The notes below the pieces were generated by a model, which saw only the letters and a list, made by a program, of their open reading frames with translations, had not been told where the DNA came from and did no database searches. A stretch of DNA of 64,000 bases from an uncultured candidate division Zixibacteria bacterium. GTDB lineage: Bacteria; Zixibacteria; MSB-5A5; UBA10806. The stretch's first letter is position 1, and every line of letters starts with the position of its first letter. Of this stretch, positions 9,801-20,010 are shown in pieces. The stretch covers positions 1,568,001 through 1,632,000 of the forward strand of contig CAWDFP010000006.1 in NCBI GenBank assembly GCA_963801605.1, read 5' to 3'. The position numbers and the translations under genes were made by a program.

Positions 9801-11779
9801 ATACCTCGATTATTTGTGAAAACCGTAAGTTTAAAATCAGAATGTCGAATAATAAATCATCATTAAATTCATGTAAGATAGTATCGCGATACGCCCCCGC
9901 ATTGACATTAAAATTCCAGAAGATTCACCGCTCTGTGCTATTTTTACCATCCTTTATTTTATTGTTCATAGTCTTTCTATTCATACCTTCATTTGGACAA
10001 ACGCTCGATATTCGTTTGACAGGAATTCTTCAGGATAGCCTGACGAAAAACGAAATCCCCGGTCATAAGTTTCTGATTCCACAAAATCAGACGGTTGAAA
10101 TTTTTACGGGGCCTTATACAATCGGTTTTTCCGCGTTAAGGGATTCATCCGGAATCTATGACATTGCCGCCGAATTATTCGGGCTTGGTCCTGATTATCA
10201 TCACGCCACTTATAATTTGAAAATCGCGACAGGTGATTCATTGCCAATACCGTCTCAACCTGTCAGGGATGGCGAAATAGTCAAATATATGATTACGCTA
10301 TTGGATGATACTTCCAGTGTCCCAACGGTCGAGGAGGCTCTTGACGATACCACCGCCTGGTCGGTCACCGAAACAATTCATTATCGCACCCACTGGCTAA
10401 AAGGCTCCTACGCCGATTTTCTGTGGGCCTTGAAAATGGGATACCTGGAAAATGTTTATAACAGATATCGCAGCAGCTTTCAATTATCGTCGTTTGATAA
10501 GATCGATTATTATATGCATCCGGATACGCGTACCGCGGCCTATCTCGATCCTCGGCTAAATTACTCAATCCAGCCTCGCAAACGCCAAATCGATTTGGTA
10601 TTCGGTCGCGATATCGATGTCGCCACTCCTCGACCGGCAGCCGAGCTTTTGATGTATCGCATGTGGGGTTACGGCCCGCGCTGGATGGTGACGGGTTTCG
10701 CAGGTTTTTACGAGGATAATTTTCTGCAACTGAGAAAGTTTGCGGGCGATTTTGGGCCTGAGCAATTGGCAGAGAGGTTCATCGATGAGGCTTGGGTTGA
10801 TTCCGATACTGGCCGGATAGTCAGCGGCGCTTTCTGTCGTTGGTTAACGGATAATCGAGATATTGCCAATTTTAAGAATTTATACGACCGTTCGACGGTA
10901 CTAAATTTCCAACGGCAGTTCGAGAATATTTATAAACAAAGTTTTACGAAAACTGCAGAGGAATTTCTTGGCTATGTCAAATCATACAAGCCCAGAGAAA
11001 AAGAGCTGACATATTACGCCTCTGAATATCTTGGCCGGGGAAATTACAAGCGGGCCGAGGAATACTATGAAGAAACGCTTAAAACATACGGCGCCAGATC
11101 GCTTGCCAGTATCAGGCCTTATGCCGTGTGCGAGTACTGGTCAGGCAATTATGAAAAAGCGGCCGAACTGCTGAAACGGGAGCCAACGCCTCTTAAATCC
11201 GAAGATGAATTTTTCAGAACCGATATGGAACTTGCACTGGGAAAAGTCGATCAGGCGATAAAAAGTTATCGGAAATTATATTTCGATTCCAAATTCGATC
11301 AGGCTGGCCTGCAACTGGCCTCCATATATCTGGATCGCGGCGAAATCAAGGAATGCGGCGCCATTCTCGATAGTATGAGTAATTCGATGAAAGCAAGTTC
11401 GGACTATCAACTTGCCGTCGGCCGTTTGAAATTATCTCAGGGTATGCCGGCAGATACCGCTCTGGCGACAGTGGTGGCATTGGCATTAGGACAAGCGCAA
11501 ACGACCACAAACGAACCGGTTAATTATCTGCTGGCCGGACAAGCACTTCTTCTGATGAAAAAATTCGATAAGGCTCGCGAGTATCTCGATATCGCCGAAT
11601 TTTTGGAAAAGCGCCCTTATTTTCAGGGCTGCATTTATCTGGAGTATGGAAAGCTTGCCGATCTCCAGGGCCAGCGTGAGGATGCCAATGAGTACTACAA
11701 GCGGGTTATCGAAATAAAATCAGGTGAGTACCAGAAATCTTTGGCCAGGAATTATTTAAAGAATAAATATGAGCTATAG
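9797..11779 (+). CDS. Exported TPR protein with a degenerate peptidase-MA-like domain (true start probably near 9900-9935)
   Basis: Hydrophobic signal-like stretch near residues 47-68, central 'GPRWMVTGFAGFYE', C-terminal TPR-like helical repeats. Confidence 0.65.
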   Translation: MNTSIICENRKFKIRMSNNKSSLNSCKIVSRYAPALTLKFQKIHRSVLFLPSFILLFIVFLFIPSFGQTLDIRLTGILQDSLTKNEIPGHKFLIPQNQTVEIFTGPYTIGFSALRDSSGIYDIAAELFGLGPDYHHATYNLKIATGDSLPIPSQPVRDGEIVKYMITLLDDTSSVPTVEEALDDTTAWSVTETIHYRTHWLKGSYADFLWALKMGYLENVYNRYRSSFQLSSFDKIDYYMHPDTRTAAYLDPRLNYSIQPRKRQIDLVFGRDIDVATPRPAAELLMYRMWGYGPRWMVTGFAGFYEDNFLQLRKFAGDFGPEQLAERFIDEAWVDSDTGRIVSGAFCRWLTDNRDIANFKNLYDRSTVLNFQRQFENIYKQSFTKTAEEFLGYVKSYKPREKELTYYASEYLGRGNYKRAEEYYEETLKTYGARSLASIRPYAVCEYWSGNYEKAAELLKREPTPLKSEDEFFRTDMELALGKVDQAIKSYRKLYFDSKFDQAGLQLASIYLDRGEIKECGAILDSMSNSMKASSDYQLAVGRLKLSQGMPADTALATVVALALGQAQTTTNEPVNYLLAGQALLLMKKFDKAREYLDIAEFLEKRPYFQGCIYLEYGKLADLQGQREDANEYYKRVIEIKSGEYQKSLARNYLKNKYEL

Positions 11780-11866
11780 AATTGAAGATATCCTTTGTTT
11801 CTTGAATCAAGTTGGAGAGGCGATCTGTAGAGGCGTATTGAAATAGATCCCTGCACAAAAGAATAA

Positions 11867-13936
11867 ATGACATTTCTAAATAATGCTTTTCTTTTTTTAC
11901 TTTCGGCGATATCGATACCGCTTATTATTCATTTTCTCTCTAAAAGGCGAATCAAGACCGTCGAATTTTCATCGCTCAAATTTTTGGAGCAGATGCAGAA
12001 AAGCCGGATGCGCTGGCTCAAAATTAAGGAGTTAGTGCTGCTTCTGCTTCGGATGTTGATAATAGCTCTGATAGTATTGGCATTTGCCAGGCCCACGTTG
12101 CGAGGCTTCGCGGGTTCATCACGGGCCTCATCGTCGGTGGCGATTATCGTCGACAGGTCGGTATCAATGGACGCCGAAGGCGAAACCGGCAGCCTTTTCG
12201 ACGAGGCTAAACGTCTCGCTACCCGCCTGATCGATTCTTTCGAGCCGGGGGATAAAATTACTGTCATCTCTTATCCCGGCGATGGCGTTTTGGATGTTAT
12301 CGGACCTACGAATCCCGGCGATAAGCTGAAAGAAAAGGTAGCTGCAATCGATCTCAGTTACCAGGCGGGAAATATCGGAGAAGCCCTGAAGCAGGCTCGC
12401 GAAATACTATCTCAAAGCCCGGATTTGAATCATGAAATTTATATTTTTTCCGATCTTAAAGCTCAAAATTTCCGCGATCTTCCGTCCGATCTTTTCAGCC
12501 GCGATGCCTGGAAAAATATTCATCTGTTTACAATCTCGCCAAAGCCAACCGGCGCCGATAATATCGGGATCAGCGATATTATCATGCCCGCTCAGCTTCT
12601 GGTTCCCGGAGAGAATTTCGATGTTGAAGCCGAATTGACCAACTATGGGCAGGGCACTTTGGAAAATATCCTGGTAGGAGTTGTTGTAGACGGTGAACGA
12701 AAGGCTCAGACCACGCTGGCGCTGCCTCCCAATCAACCAACTAAATTCCGTTTCAATCTCAAACTCGATACGCCCGGTGATCACGGCGGATATGTGGAAA
12801 TCGACCATGACAGTTTTGAGCCGGATAACCGACGCTATTTCAGCCTGCATATCCCCGATAAAATTAACCTTCTGGTAGTCAGCCAGGGGCTATCGGATAA
12901 CGACCCCGTCAAGCTCGCTCTTGACAGGCCTGAGGCCGGCCAGATTGAATTTACCGGAATTACCGTATCGGATTTGCTGAGGGAAGACCTGGCCAAATAC
13001 GACGTGATTCTGCTCGATGATATTCCGTCGCTGGACGCCTCCCGTGAAAGCGCTATCGCCAAATTTGTCGCCGGTAACGGCGGACTATTCGTTTCTCTGG
13101 GAAAGGCAGCCAATGCAGCATATTGGAAAAAATTTCTACCATCGATTTCAAGCATCAGCCCCGGCGATCTTTCCGGCGCCGATAATGAATATCTCAACTG
13201 GAATAACTTCGATTATGAACATCCGATTTTTACAATTTACTCGCCTGATTCCACAAACAGCGCCCGGCCATCGATACCAGATATCAAGATGGTGTATTAT
13301 CATAATCTTTCCGGGGGCCGAAGCCTCGGTTCAAGTTCCACAGGGATAAACCTGTTGGCCGAATCGGAGAATAAGCATGTCATCATATTTGGAAGCGGGC
13401 TGGATTTGACATCGAGCGATCTGGTGGCCCACAGCTTTTTTATCCCGCTATTGGTCCGAAGCGTGGAGTACCTCGGTACTCAAAACAGCGGAAGCGGCGC
13501 GAACGGCATTATAGGCGAACCGGTGCAATGGAGGCTTCCATCAGGGAATACCACCGCATTGAGCCTGCAATCGCCATCGGGAACATTTGAGGATTTGCAG
13601 GCCGTGGCCGAGGGAAACGGTTCGATGGCCAAATTTACAGAGTATGGCGCACCGGGGACTTATCTAATGAAAGAAGGCGATAAAACGGTCGGGCTGTTGG
13701 CTTTCAATATAAATAGCGTCGAATCCGAGAAAGAGACTATCTCGGCGGACGAGATCGGTCAGCGACTGGGAATCGGAGTTAAAGCCGTTGCGCCGGATTC
13801 AGATCTCAAATCGACAGTTCTTCAAGCGCGATTTGGCCGTGAGCTATGGAAGGAATTTTTAATTCTGGCCCTGCTTCTTTTGATTGCCGAATCAATTATC
13901 GGACGAACCTTTCCACCGAAAGTCGAGGCTAAATGA
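11867..13936 (+). CDS. BatA and VWA domain-containing membrane protein
   Basis: N-terminal BatA 'MTFLN..FL..L.AISIPLIIHF...FSSLKFL...LLLLRML...LAFARP', VWA MIDAS DRSVSM, CARDB-like region 'DNRRY', C-terminal 'ELWK.FL..ALLLLIAES' TM. Confidence 0.85.
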   Translation: MTFLNNAFLFLLSAISIPLIIHFLSKRRIKTVEFSSLKFLEQMQKSRMRWLKIKELVLLLLRMLIIALIVLAFARPTLRGFAGSSRASSSVAIIVDRSVSMDAEGETGSLFDEAKRLATRLIDSFEPGDKITVISYPGDGVLDVIGPTNPGDKLKEKVAAIDLSYQAGNIGEALKQAREILSQSPDLNHEIYIFSDLKAQNFRDLPSDLFSRDAWKNIHLFTISPKPTGADNIGISDIIMPAQLLVPGENFDVEAELTNYGQGTLENILVGVVVDGERKAQTTLALPPNQPTKFRFNLKLDTPGDHGGYVEIDHDSFEPDNRRYFSLHIPDKINLLVVSQGLSDNDPVKLALDRPEAGQIEFTGITVSDLLREDLAKYDVILLDDIPSLDASRESAIAKFVAGNGGLFVSLGKAANAAYWKKFLPSISSISPGDLSGADNEYLNWNNFDYEHPIFTIYSPDSTNSARPSIPDIKMVYYHNLSGGRSLGSSSTGINLLAESENKHVIIFGSGLDLTSSDLVAHSFFIPLLVRSVEYLGTQNSGSGANGIIGEPVQWRLPSGNTTALSLQSPSGTFEDLQAVAEGNGSMAKFTEYGAPGTYLMKEGDKTVGLLAFNINSVESEKETISADEIGQRLGIGVKAVAPDSDLKSTVLQARFGRELWKEFLILALLLLIAESIIGRTFPPKVEAK

Positions 13937-14310
13937 TACGAAAATTGTTCGTAGTCGCATTGATATTTACGGCCCTGGTTTCATGTAAGGAGTTACCTGT
14001 GCTGAAAAACCAGACTGAGCCGGTCGGATATGCCCTGGGAGAAAAGGTTGGTTTCAGTTTTGCTGCCAGTAATATTAAGAATCCGCCCGATTCGATTGCG
14101 GTATTCGTACTCGAAAAAAAAAGCGGATATGAATATCTGCTCTGGGCCAAGAAAGCCGACAGCAATGAAGTTTGCCGTTATTCCACGCTCTGGGATGGCC
14201 GTAAGCCCGATGGCAGTTGGCCGATGGGCGGACGGTACTTAGTCCATGCCAGATTAAGCGAACAAGAGGGCGTTTATTCCGACACGATACAGATTGGCCT
14301 GGGAGATTAA
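13933..14310 (+). CDS. Hypothetical lipoprotein (FlgD Ig-like 'WDG..DG' motif)
   Basis: Lipobox LVSC, 'WDGRKPDG...GRY', ATGA overlap with the upstream gene. Confidence 0.6.
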   Translation: MIRKLFVVALIFTALVSCKELPVLKNQTEPVGYALGEKVGFSFAASNIKNPPDSIAVFVLEKKSGYEYLLWAKKADSNEVCRYSTLWDGRKPDGSWPMGGRYLVHARLSEQEGVYSDTIQIGLGD

Positions 14311-14396
14311 ATTGGATGTCGACATTATTGTGACAGTAAATCACAAACTATCCGGTGCATTAATAAAAATCATAATGAAATAAATTGGAAAAAACC

Positions 14397-14939
14397 ATGA
14401 CTGACAAAAAGACCCGTCTCAAAGAAATCCTATTGGAAAAGGCGATTAAATTCGGCGACTTCACTCTCGCCTCCGGAAAAAAATCAACCTACTACATCAA
14501 TGGCAAGATGGCGACGCTCGATTCCGAAGGTTTATATCTCATGGCCGAGATCATGCTCGATAAGCTCGATGGTATCGACTGCGATGCAGTTGGAGGATTA
14601 ACATTAGGCGCTGACCCCATGATAGGAGCCGTTACCGCCCTGGCGCATAAACGCGGGCGGAAGATGATCGGATTTATCGTGCGCAAAGAGACCAAAGATC
14701 ATGGCACCAAAAGCCTGGTCGAGGGGCCGCTTCAGGAGATGATGAAGGTCGCGATCATCGAGGACGTTGCCACCACCGGCGGCTCGGCCTTAAAAGCTAT
14801 TGACGCCGCTAAAGCTTTCGGATGCGAGATCGTAAAAATCCTCGTGCTCGTGGATCGCCGCCAGGGCGCCGAGGAGAAATTTCGCGAGATGAATATTCCG
14901 TTCGATCCGATATTTCGGAAAGAAGAGCTGGGGCTGTAA
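14397..14939 (+). CDS. pyrE: Orotate phosphoribosyltransferase
   Basis: FGDFTLASGKKS, GGLTLGADP, VRKETKDHG, PRPP-binding IIEDVATTGGS. Confidence 0.95.
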   Translation: MTDKKTRLKEILLEKAIKFGDFTLASGKKSTYYINGKMATLDSEGLYLMAEIMLDKLDGIDCDAVGGLTLGADPMIGAVTALAHKRGRKMIGFIVRKETKDHGTKSLVEGPLQEMMKVAIIEDVATTGGSALKAIDAAKAFGCEIVKILVLVDRRQGAEEKFREMNIPFDPIFRKEELGL

Positions 14940-14990
14940 TCCGATAATTTTATGCCGTTAGGCGATATTGCCTGACGGTATATTTATTCA

Positions 14991-15018
14991 TTGACAAATC
15001 AATCATATTAAATATAGT
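14991..15018 (+). promoter_or_regulatory. Sigma70-type promoter
   Basis: TTGACA-N16-TATAGT upstream of the LVIVD gene. Confidence 0.5.
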
Positions 15019-15087
15019 TTAATTAGTTCACGGCCCCGTTTATCCTTGAGGCGAAATTTCTTTGCTGCCTGATTAGGGAGGTTCTTT

Positions 15088-17205
15088 ATGAATCGTAGCA
15101 TTTTTGCCTGGGCTACCACTCTGACGATTATAATTTTCGCAAACTCGAAGGCTCAGTATATCAATTTTTTGGGATCTACTCTGTGGCATCAGGCAAACGG
15201 CGTTCAGGTTGTGGGGAATTATGCTTATTGCGCATTCAAGTATGGGATCGTCATCCTCGATATATCTGACCGCACGGCTCCTCAATTTTTAGGCCAATGC
15301 CCGCTTACAGGCGAAGGTAAGGAGATTGCGGTTTGGGGAAATTATGCCTATCTGGCCGAGGGAAACGGCGGCCTGAAGGTTGTCGATATCTACGATCCTC
15401 AGAATCCTGTCAGAATCGCCGAGATTAATCGGGCCGGATATGTCGAAGATGTTGCCACTGATGGACAATACCTTTACATGGCCTGCGGAGAAAGTTTTTA
15501 TGACGGGGATAATATCCTGATAGTCGATATTGCCGATCCGACACAGCCAAATGTAGTTGGACACTGTTTCGTTTCCTCGGAGGCTACGGGCATTTCAGTA
15601 CAAGGGGCTTATGCTTATGCAACATCTGATGCTGGGTTGAGCGTCATTGCCATCCGGCCTCCCGAAAGTCCCCATATAGTGGCTACTCTCGGGTTCCAAC
15701 AGGATTTCCCTTACGGGTTGTGTGTATCCGGCAACTATGCATATGTAGCGTCATACTTGACGAATCTGCGAATTATTAATATCTCCAATCCAGCATTGCC
15801 CTCAATAACCGGCTCGATTGATCTTTATGACGTTAGTTGGGATGTTGCCGTATCCGGCCAGTACGCTTATTTGGCATCCGGTTATCAGGGGCTGTATGTT
15901 GTGAATGTCGCCAATGCATCTGCCCCTGTTCTTGTCGATAGCCTCGATACTGCCGACCTATGCTGGGGTTTATTTGTGGATGATAACTATGCTTACCTTG
16001 CTGATCGTAATAACGGTTTTTTGGCGGTAAATATAACCAATCCCCATATTCCAGTAGTTAGCGGAACATACGCATCGGCTTGGTATCCGAACAGCATACA
16101 GATATCAGGACAATATGCCTTTATAGCAGATGCTTACGATTGTCTTTGGGTCGTCGATATCGATGACCTGCTCGAACCGAGACTCGCCTATAGGTACAAT
16201 TGCGGGGCATCTATTTATACTATGGCTCTGAGTGATACCCTCATCTTTGCAGCTTGCGGCTATCAGGGTTTCAGGGCCTATGATATTTCAGATCCGATAA
16301 ATCCGTCCCAGATCGGCAGCTATTCCGGAGTATACGCGCTGGATTTGGCTGTATCGGGAAGGTACGCTTACGTTTCGGATGCCACCTCCCGGAGGTTAGC
16401 CGTATTTGATATTGCCAATCCGCGCAATCTTCATATCGATGGGCAGCTTGCTTTGAGCATCAGTGTCAGAGGGATTTGTCTTCTGGGAAATACTCTGGCT
16501 ATCAACGATCTTTACGACATTAAGACAATTGATATTTCTGATCCCATACATCCTGCCTTGCTGGGAACTTATAACGTAAATTCCATTCCAAATGATATGG
16601 CGGCTTTTGGGTGGCGTTATATATTGGTTTTGGGAAACAGTGCTGTTACTATTTTGGATATTGCCGATCCCGCCAACCCTGAGTTGGTCACGACCATTCA
16701 ATTGAATTCCTTTTCTGAGAAATTCTGCGTGACAGGAAATCTGGTTTATATCTGCACCGACGAGTACATGGCAGTTTATGACATCAGTAATCCACGAGCC
16801 CCTGTTTCCCGAGGTACATATGGAAATGAATGTCACACTGTTACTGCTACTAACGATTATATCTATTTGGGGGAACCCTATTCCTTTACCATATTGACAG
16901 CCTTGAGGCAGCCGGATGCAACTGAATCTTACCAAATTGGGAAATCGTATTTTCTTGGATTGAACTACCCCAACCCCTTCAACGCCCAAACGACGATAAG
17001 CTATTCTTTGTTTACGCGCTCAAATGTCTCGATAGAGATATTTGATATCGCAGGCAGAAAACTGGAAACGCTTCAAGGGGGATATCAGGAAGCCGGGGAG
17101 CATTCGATTGTATGGAATGCGAAGGATAGGGCATCCGGCGTATATTTCTATCGGCTCAGGGCGGGGGAGACCTCTCAAACCCAGAAGTGCATCTTATTAA
17201 AATAA
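15088..17205 (+). CDS. LVIVD-repeat beta-propeller protein with T9SS-like C-terminal sorting domain
   Basis: Signal peptide, many 'V.GNYAY.A....GL.VVDI.DP..P' repeats, C-terminal NYPNPFN...SGVYFYRL domain; SD GGAGG. Confidence 0.88.
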   Translation: MNRSIFAWATTLTIIIFANSKAQYINFLGSTLWHQANGVQVVGNYAYCAFKYGIVILDISDRTAPQFLGQCPLTGEGKEIAVWGNYAYLAEGNGGLKVVDIYDPQNPVRIAEINRAGYVEDVATDGQYLYMACGESFYDGDNILIVDIADPTQPNVVGHCFVSSEATGISVQGAYAYATSDAGLSVIAIRPPESPHIVATLGFQQDFPYGLCVSGNYAYVASYLTNLRIINISNPALPSITGSIDLYDVSWDVAVSGQYAYLASGYQGLYVVNVANASAPVLVDSLDTADLCWGLFVDDNYAYLADRNNGFLAVNITNPHIPVVSGTYASAWYPNSIQISGQYAFIADAYDCLWVVDIDDLLEPRLAYRYNCGASIYTMALSDTLIFAACGYQGFRAYDISDPINPSQIGSYSGVYALDLAVSGRYAYVSDATSRRLAVFDIANPRNLHIDGQLALSISVRGICLLGNTLAINDLYDIKTIDISDPIHPALLGTYNVNSIPNDMAAFGWRYILVLGNSAVTILDIADPANPELVTTIQLNSFSEKFCVTGNLVYICTDEYMAVYDISNPRAPVSRGTYGNECHTVTATNDYIYLGEPYSFTILTALRQPDATESYQIGKSYFLGLNYPNPFNAQTTISYSLFTRSNVSIEIFDIAGRKLETLQGGYQEAGEHSIVWNAKDRASGVYFYRLRAGETSQTQKCILLK
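16963..17168 (+). repeat. Copy 1 of a near-identical ~205-bp sorting-domain cassette
   Basis: Aligns without gaps to 19600-19805, differing by scattered, mostly third-position substitutions. Confidence 0.85.
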
Positions 17206-17224
17206 TTGCCTATATATAATTTAC

Positions 17225-17253
17225 AGCCGGGGTCCCTAAGGACCCCGGTTTCT
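17225..17253 (+). terminator. Intrinsic terminator
   Basis: CCGGGGTCC-ctaa-GGACCCCGG followed by TTTCT. Confidence 0.7.
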
Positions 17254-17397
17254 GTAATAGGGCTTACCCTAACCGTCCCTGCCAGATATTGGAACTAATT
17301 AAACCCGGTAAACTGTTAATGCCATAGATTGACCGATACAAGCTGCAGTCAGTATTCGGGGTTATCCGGAATACTATTTTATTCAAATCGAGGAAAT

Positions 17398-19842
17398 ATG
17401 AAAATTCTTGTTTCCACGCTATTTCTGATACTGGTTACATTAGATGCTTATGCTTTTGAGCCGCTATTTGATACCAGGGTAGATTACACCTTATCGGAAC
17501 CTGCCAACCACTTGGTGACATGTGACCTGAACGGTGACGACTGTCTGGATATCGCAGTTGCGCCTTATTATGGCGACAGCCTGTCAATTTTACTTGGCAA
17601 TTGCGATGGCACATTCCAAACTCCAGTAACCTACGGCGGCCTTGATTCAGCACTTTCCCTTTTTGCAATCGATCTCGAAAATGACGGCTTTCCGGACCTG
17701 GCGGTCATCGATGTCCATAGAACAAAGGTAACAATATTTAAAAACATTGGTAATGCATTTCAACTGGATACCAGTTATAGTGTTGGTTTGCGGTTATCAT
17801 CTATATGGTGCGCGGATATCAACAACGATGGTTACACTGATATTATAATAGCGGATTATTATGGTACCTCGCCCCTCACGATCCTTTTTAATAATGGCTA
17901 TGGGGTATTTTCTACCAGAAGACAGATACAGCTAATCTCACAAGCCGTATCGATTATTGCCGATGATTTTAATAATGATGAAATTCCAGATATTGCAGCG
18001 GTTGGTTATTCCAGCCAACCACAATCTGCTTTGGGAATTCTCATTAATAACGGCCATGGGCAATTCAGCGATACAACTAAATTTATTTCTAATGGATATT
18101 ATACCTTGAGAGCAGGCGATATTAATGGTGATGGCTTCGATGATATTGTCGCAGCAAGCATAATGGACAGCCTTGCAATTTATCTAAATAATGGCAATGG
18201 TTCATTTCAGTTATCAACCGAATTGCCCGCCGGCATGGAATCCAGGTCTATTGCAATCGATGATCTGAATGGTGATGAATCAAACGATCTTACCATAGTT
18301 GAACATTACAATTCGCATATAACTACATATCTCAATAATGGCAATGGATCATTTGCTGTGACAGATACTTACTTCGTCCCAGCTCATCCCCGGTGGGTTT
18401 CAGGCGGAGATTTCAATTTAGACGGGCATATTGACATGGCGGTGGCAAGTAACGATGGGAAAGCCGTTTCAGTATTGAATAATGACGGAACAGGTAAGTT
18501 CATTATGCCTTCACTTTACGATTTTCCCGTTAACCCAACAAGAGTCTACTGCGCCAATCTTGACGGGAATCGGCTTAGCGATCTTGTTGTGAAAACAAGT
18601 AACAATTTATTGGCTTTACTTATTAATCAATCTGACATGCATTTTACACAATCATTTATAACTCCTGCGCCACTCGAAGATAACACAATACTAATTGGCG
18701 ATTTCAACGGAAATTCCACCGACGATTTCGCGATTATTCATCACCCCCCCATCGATTCGTTGGAAATAAGGATATTTTATAATGATGGAACGGGCAATAT
18801 TATTGGCGGTACACGCGTAAATATCCCGTATTATGATTCACCAAAGTATTATGTGTCTGAATTGAACGGAGATGGAATAGATGATATTATTGTGGGAGGC
18901 ATTCCTGATAGCATAAGCGTAATCCTGAGTAATCAAAGCGGATCGTTTAATCGGCCGGTACAATATCATATCCCCGGCTTGATGACCACCTTGCTTCTGG
19001 CATGCGACTTCGATTCGGATGGCCTAAATGATATTATTGCTGGGAGAGACACCCTTACGATTTTTCGAAATACCGGTAACGGTGTTCTCGAACAAGCAAC
19101 GTCATTTGTGTTGTCGTCCACCCAATACAATAAGATATTCGGAATTGATTTTGATAATGATTCAAATAATGATTTGATACTCTTGCGCGATTATTCGAAC
19201 CAGTTTCAGTTGCTAAGAAATATAGGTAATTTGAATTTTCAGAATGCGGGCTTCATTAGGATAGTGAATGCATCCACTAATGCAATTGCAGCTGACATTA
19301 ATAATGATAATTTGGTAGATATAATCCCATATTTTCAAGATTATGGCATAAGCCCTTATCTAAATCAGGGAAATAGTACTTTTACGACACCATTTCGATA
19401 TGGCACAAGGCGTAAAACGCCGGGATATGATGGCATGTTCGCTGCCGGAGATATAGACGGCGATAGAGCACTGGATATTATAGAGGCGGGATTTCCGGAA
19501 TTTCCGAATAAGATATCCGTCATGCTAAATAAAACCATGGTACAAGACGTGCTTGAAAACCCAAATATTAATTTGCCCAATCATACTTCATTGTTGTGCA
19601 ACTACCCCAACCCTTTCAACGCCCAGACCACAATTAGCTATTCTTTGTTTACGCGCTCAAATGTTTCGATAGAGATATTTGATATTGCAGGCAGAAAAGT
19701 GGAAACGCTTCAAGGAGGATACCAGGAAGCCGGGGAGCATTCGATAGTCTGGAATGCGAGGGATAGGGCATCAGGAGTGTATTTCTACCGGGTTAAGGCG
19801 GGGGATGTATCAAAAGCGGAGAAATGCGTATTGCTGAAGTAA
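17398..19842 (+). CDS. FG-GAP/VCBS-repeat beta-propeller protein with T9SS-like C-terminal sorting domain
   Basis: ATG at 17398 after GAGGA, signal peptide, repeated D.N.DG..DI Ca-binding blades, C-terminal NYPNPFN domain. Confidence 0.88.
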   Translation: MKILVSTLFLILVTLDAYAFEPLFDTRVDYTLSEPANHLVTCDLNGDDCLDIAVAPYYGDSLSILLGNCDGTFQTPVTYGGLDSALSLFAIDLENDGFPDLAVIDVHRTKVTIFKNIGNAFQLDTSYSVGLRLSSIWCADINNDGYTDIIIADYYGTSPLTILFNNGYGVFSTRRQIQLISQAVSIIADDFNNDEIPDIAAVGYSSQPQSALGILINNGHGQFSDTTKFISNGYYTLRAGDINGDGFDDIVAASIMDSLAIYLNNGNGSFQLSTELPAGMESRSIAIDDLNGDESNDLTIVEHYNSHITTYLNNGNGSFAVTDTYFVPAHPRWVSGGDFNLDGHIDMAVASNDGKAVSVLNNDGTGKFIMPSLYDFPVNPTRVYCANLDGNRLSDLVVKTSNNLLALLINQSDMHFTQSFITPAPLEDNTILIGDFNGNSTDDFAIIHHPPIDSLEIRIFYNDGTGNIIGGTRVNIPYYDSPKYYVSELNGDGIDDIIVGGIPDSISVILSNQSGSFNRPVQYHIPGLMTTLLLACDFDSDGLNDIIAGRDTLTIFRNTGNGVLEQATSFVLSSTQYNKIFGIDFDNDSNNDLILLRDYSNQFQLLRNIGNLNFQNAGFIRIVNASTNAIAADINNDNLVDIIPYFQDYGISPYLNQGNSTFTTPFRYGTRRKTPGYDGMFAAGDIDGDRALDIIEAGFPEFPNKISVMLNKTMVQDVLENPNINLPNHTSLLCNYPNPFNAQTTISYSLFTRSNVSIEIFDIAGRKVETLQGGYQEAGEHSIVWNARDRASGVYFYRVKAGDVSKAEKCVLLK
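19600..19805 (+). repeat. Copy 2 of the sorting-domain cassette
   Basis: Matches 16963-17168. Confidence 0.85.
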
Positions 19843-19860
19843 GCACCTTAGGCGCTTAAT

Positions 19861-19935
19861 GTCAAAACTACCAAGGAGTTTTGACCTACGAATAGGCCGC
19901 GGTTCGGGCCGCAGGTCCCAGGGGACCTGCGCTAC
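19861..19935 (-). repeat. Tandem pair of GTAG-type REP palindromes
   Basis: GTCAAAACT-accaagg-AGTTTTGAC-CTAC (19861-19889) and CGCAGGTCCC-ag-GGGACCTGCG-CTAC (19910-19935); each hairpin abuts CTAC, i.e. GTAG on the minus strand. Confidence 0.7.
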
Positions 19936-19964
19936 GAGAGATTAATTTGGTGTAATCAAACAAT

Positions 19965-19990
19965 AAAAAAGGCGGGATAACCCGCCTTTT
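19965..19990. terminator. Bidirectional terminator between convergent genes
   Basis: AAAAAAGGCGGG-ataa-CCCGCCTTTT. Confidence 0.85.
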
Positions 19991-20010
19991 CGGTTGTTAT
20001 TATATGTCCC

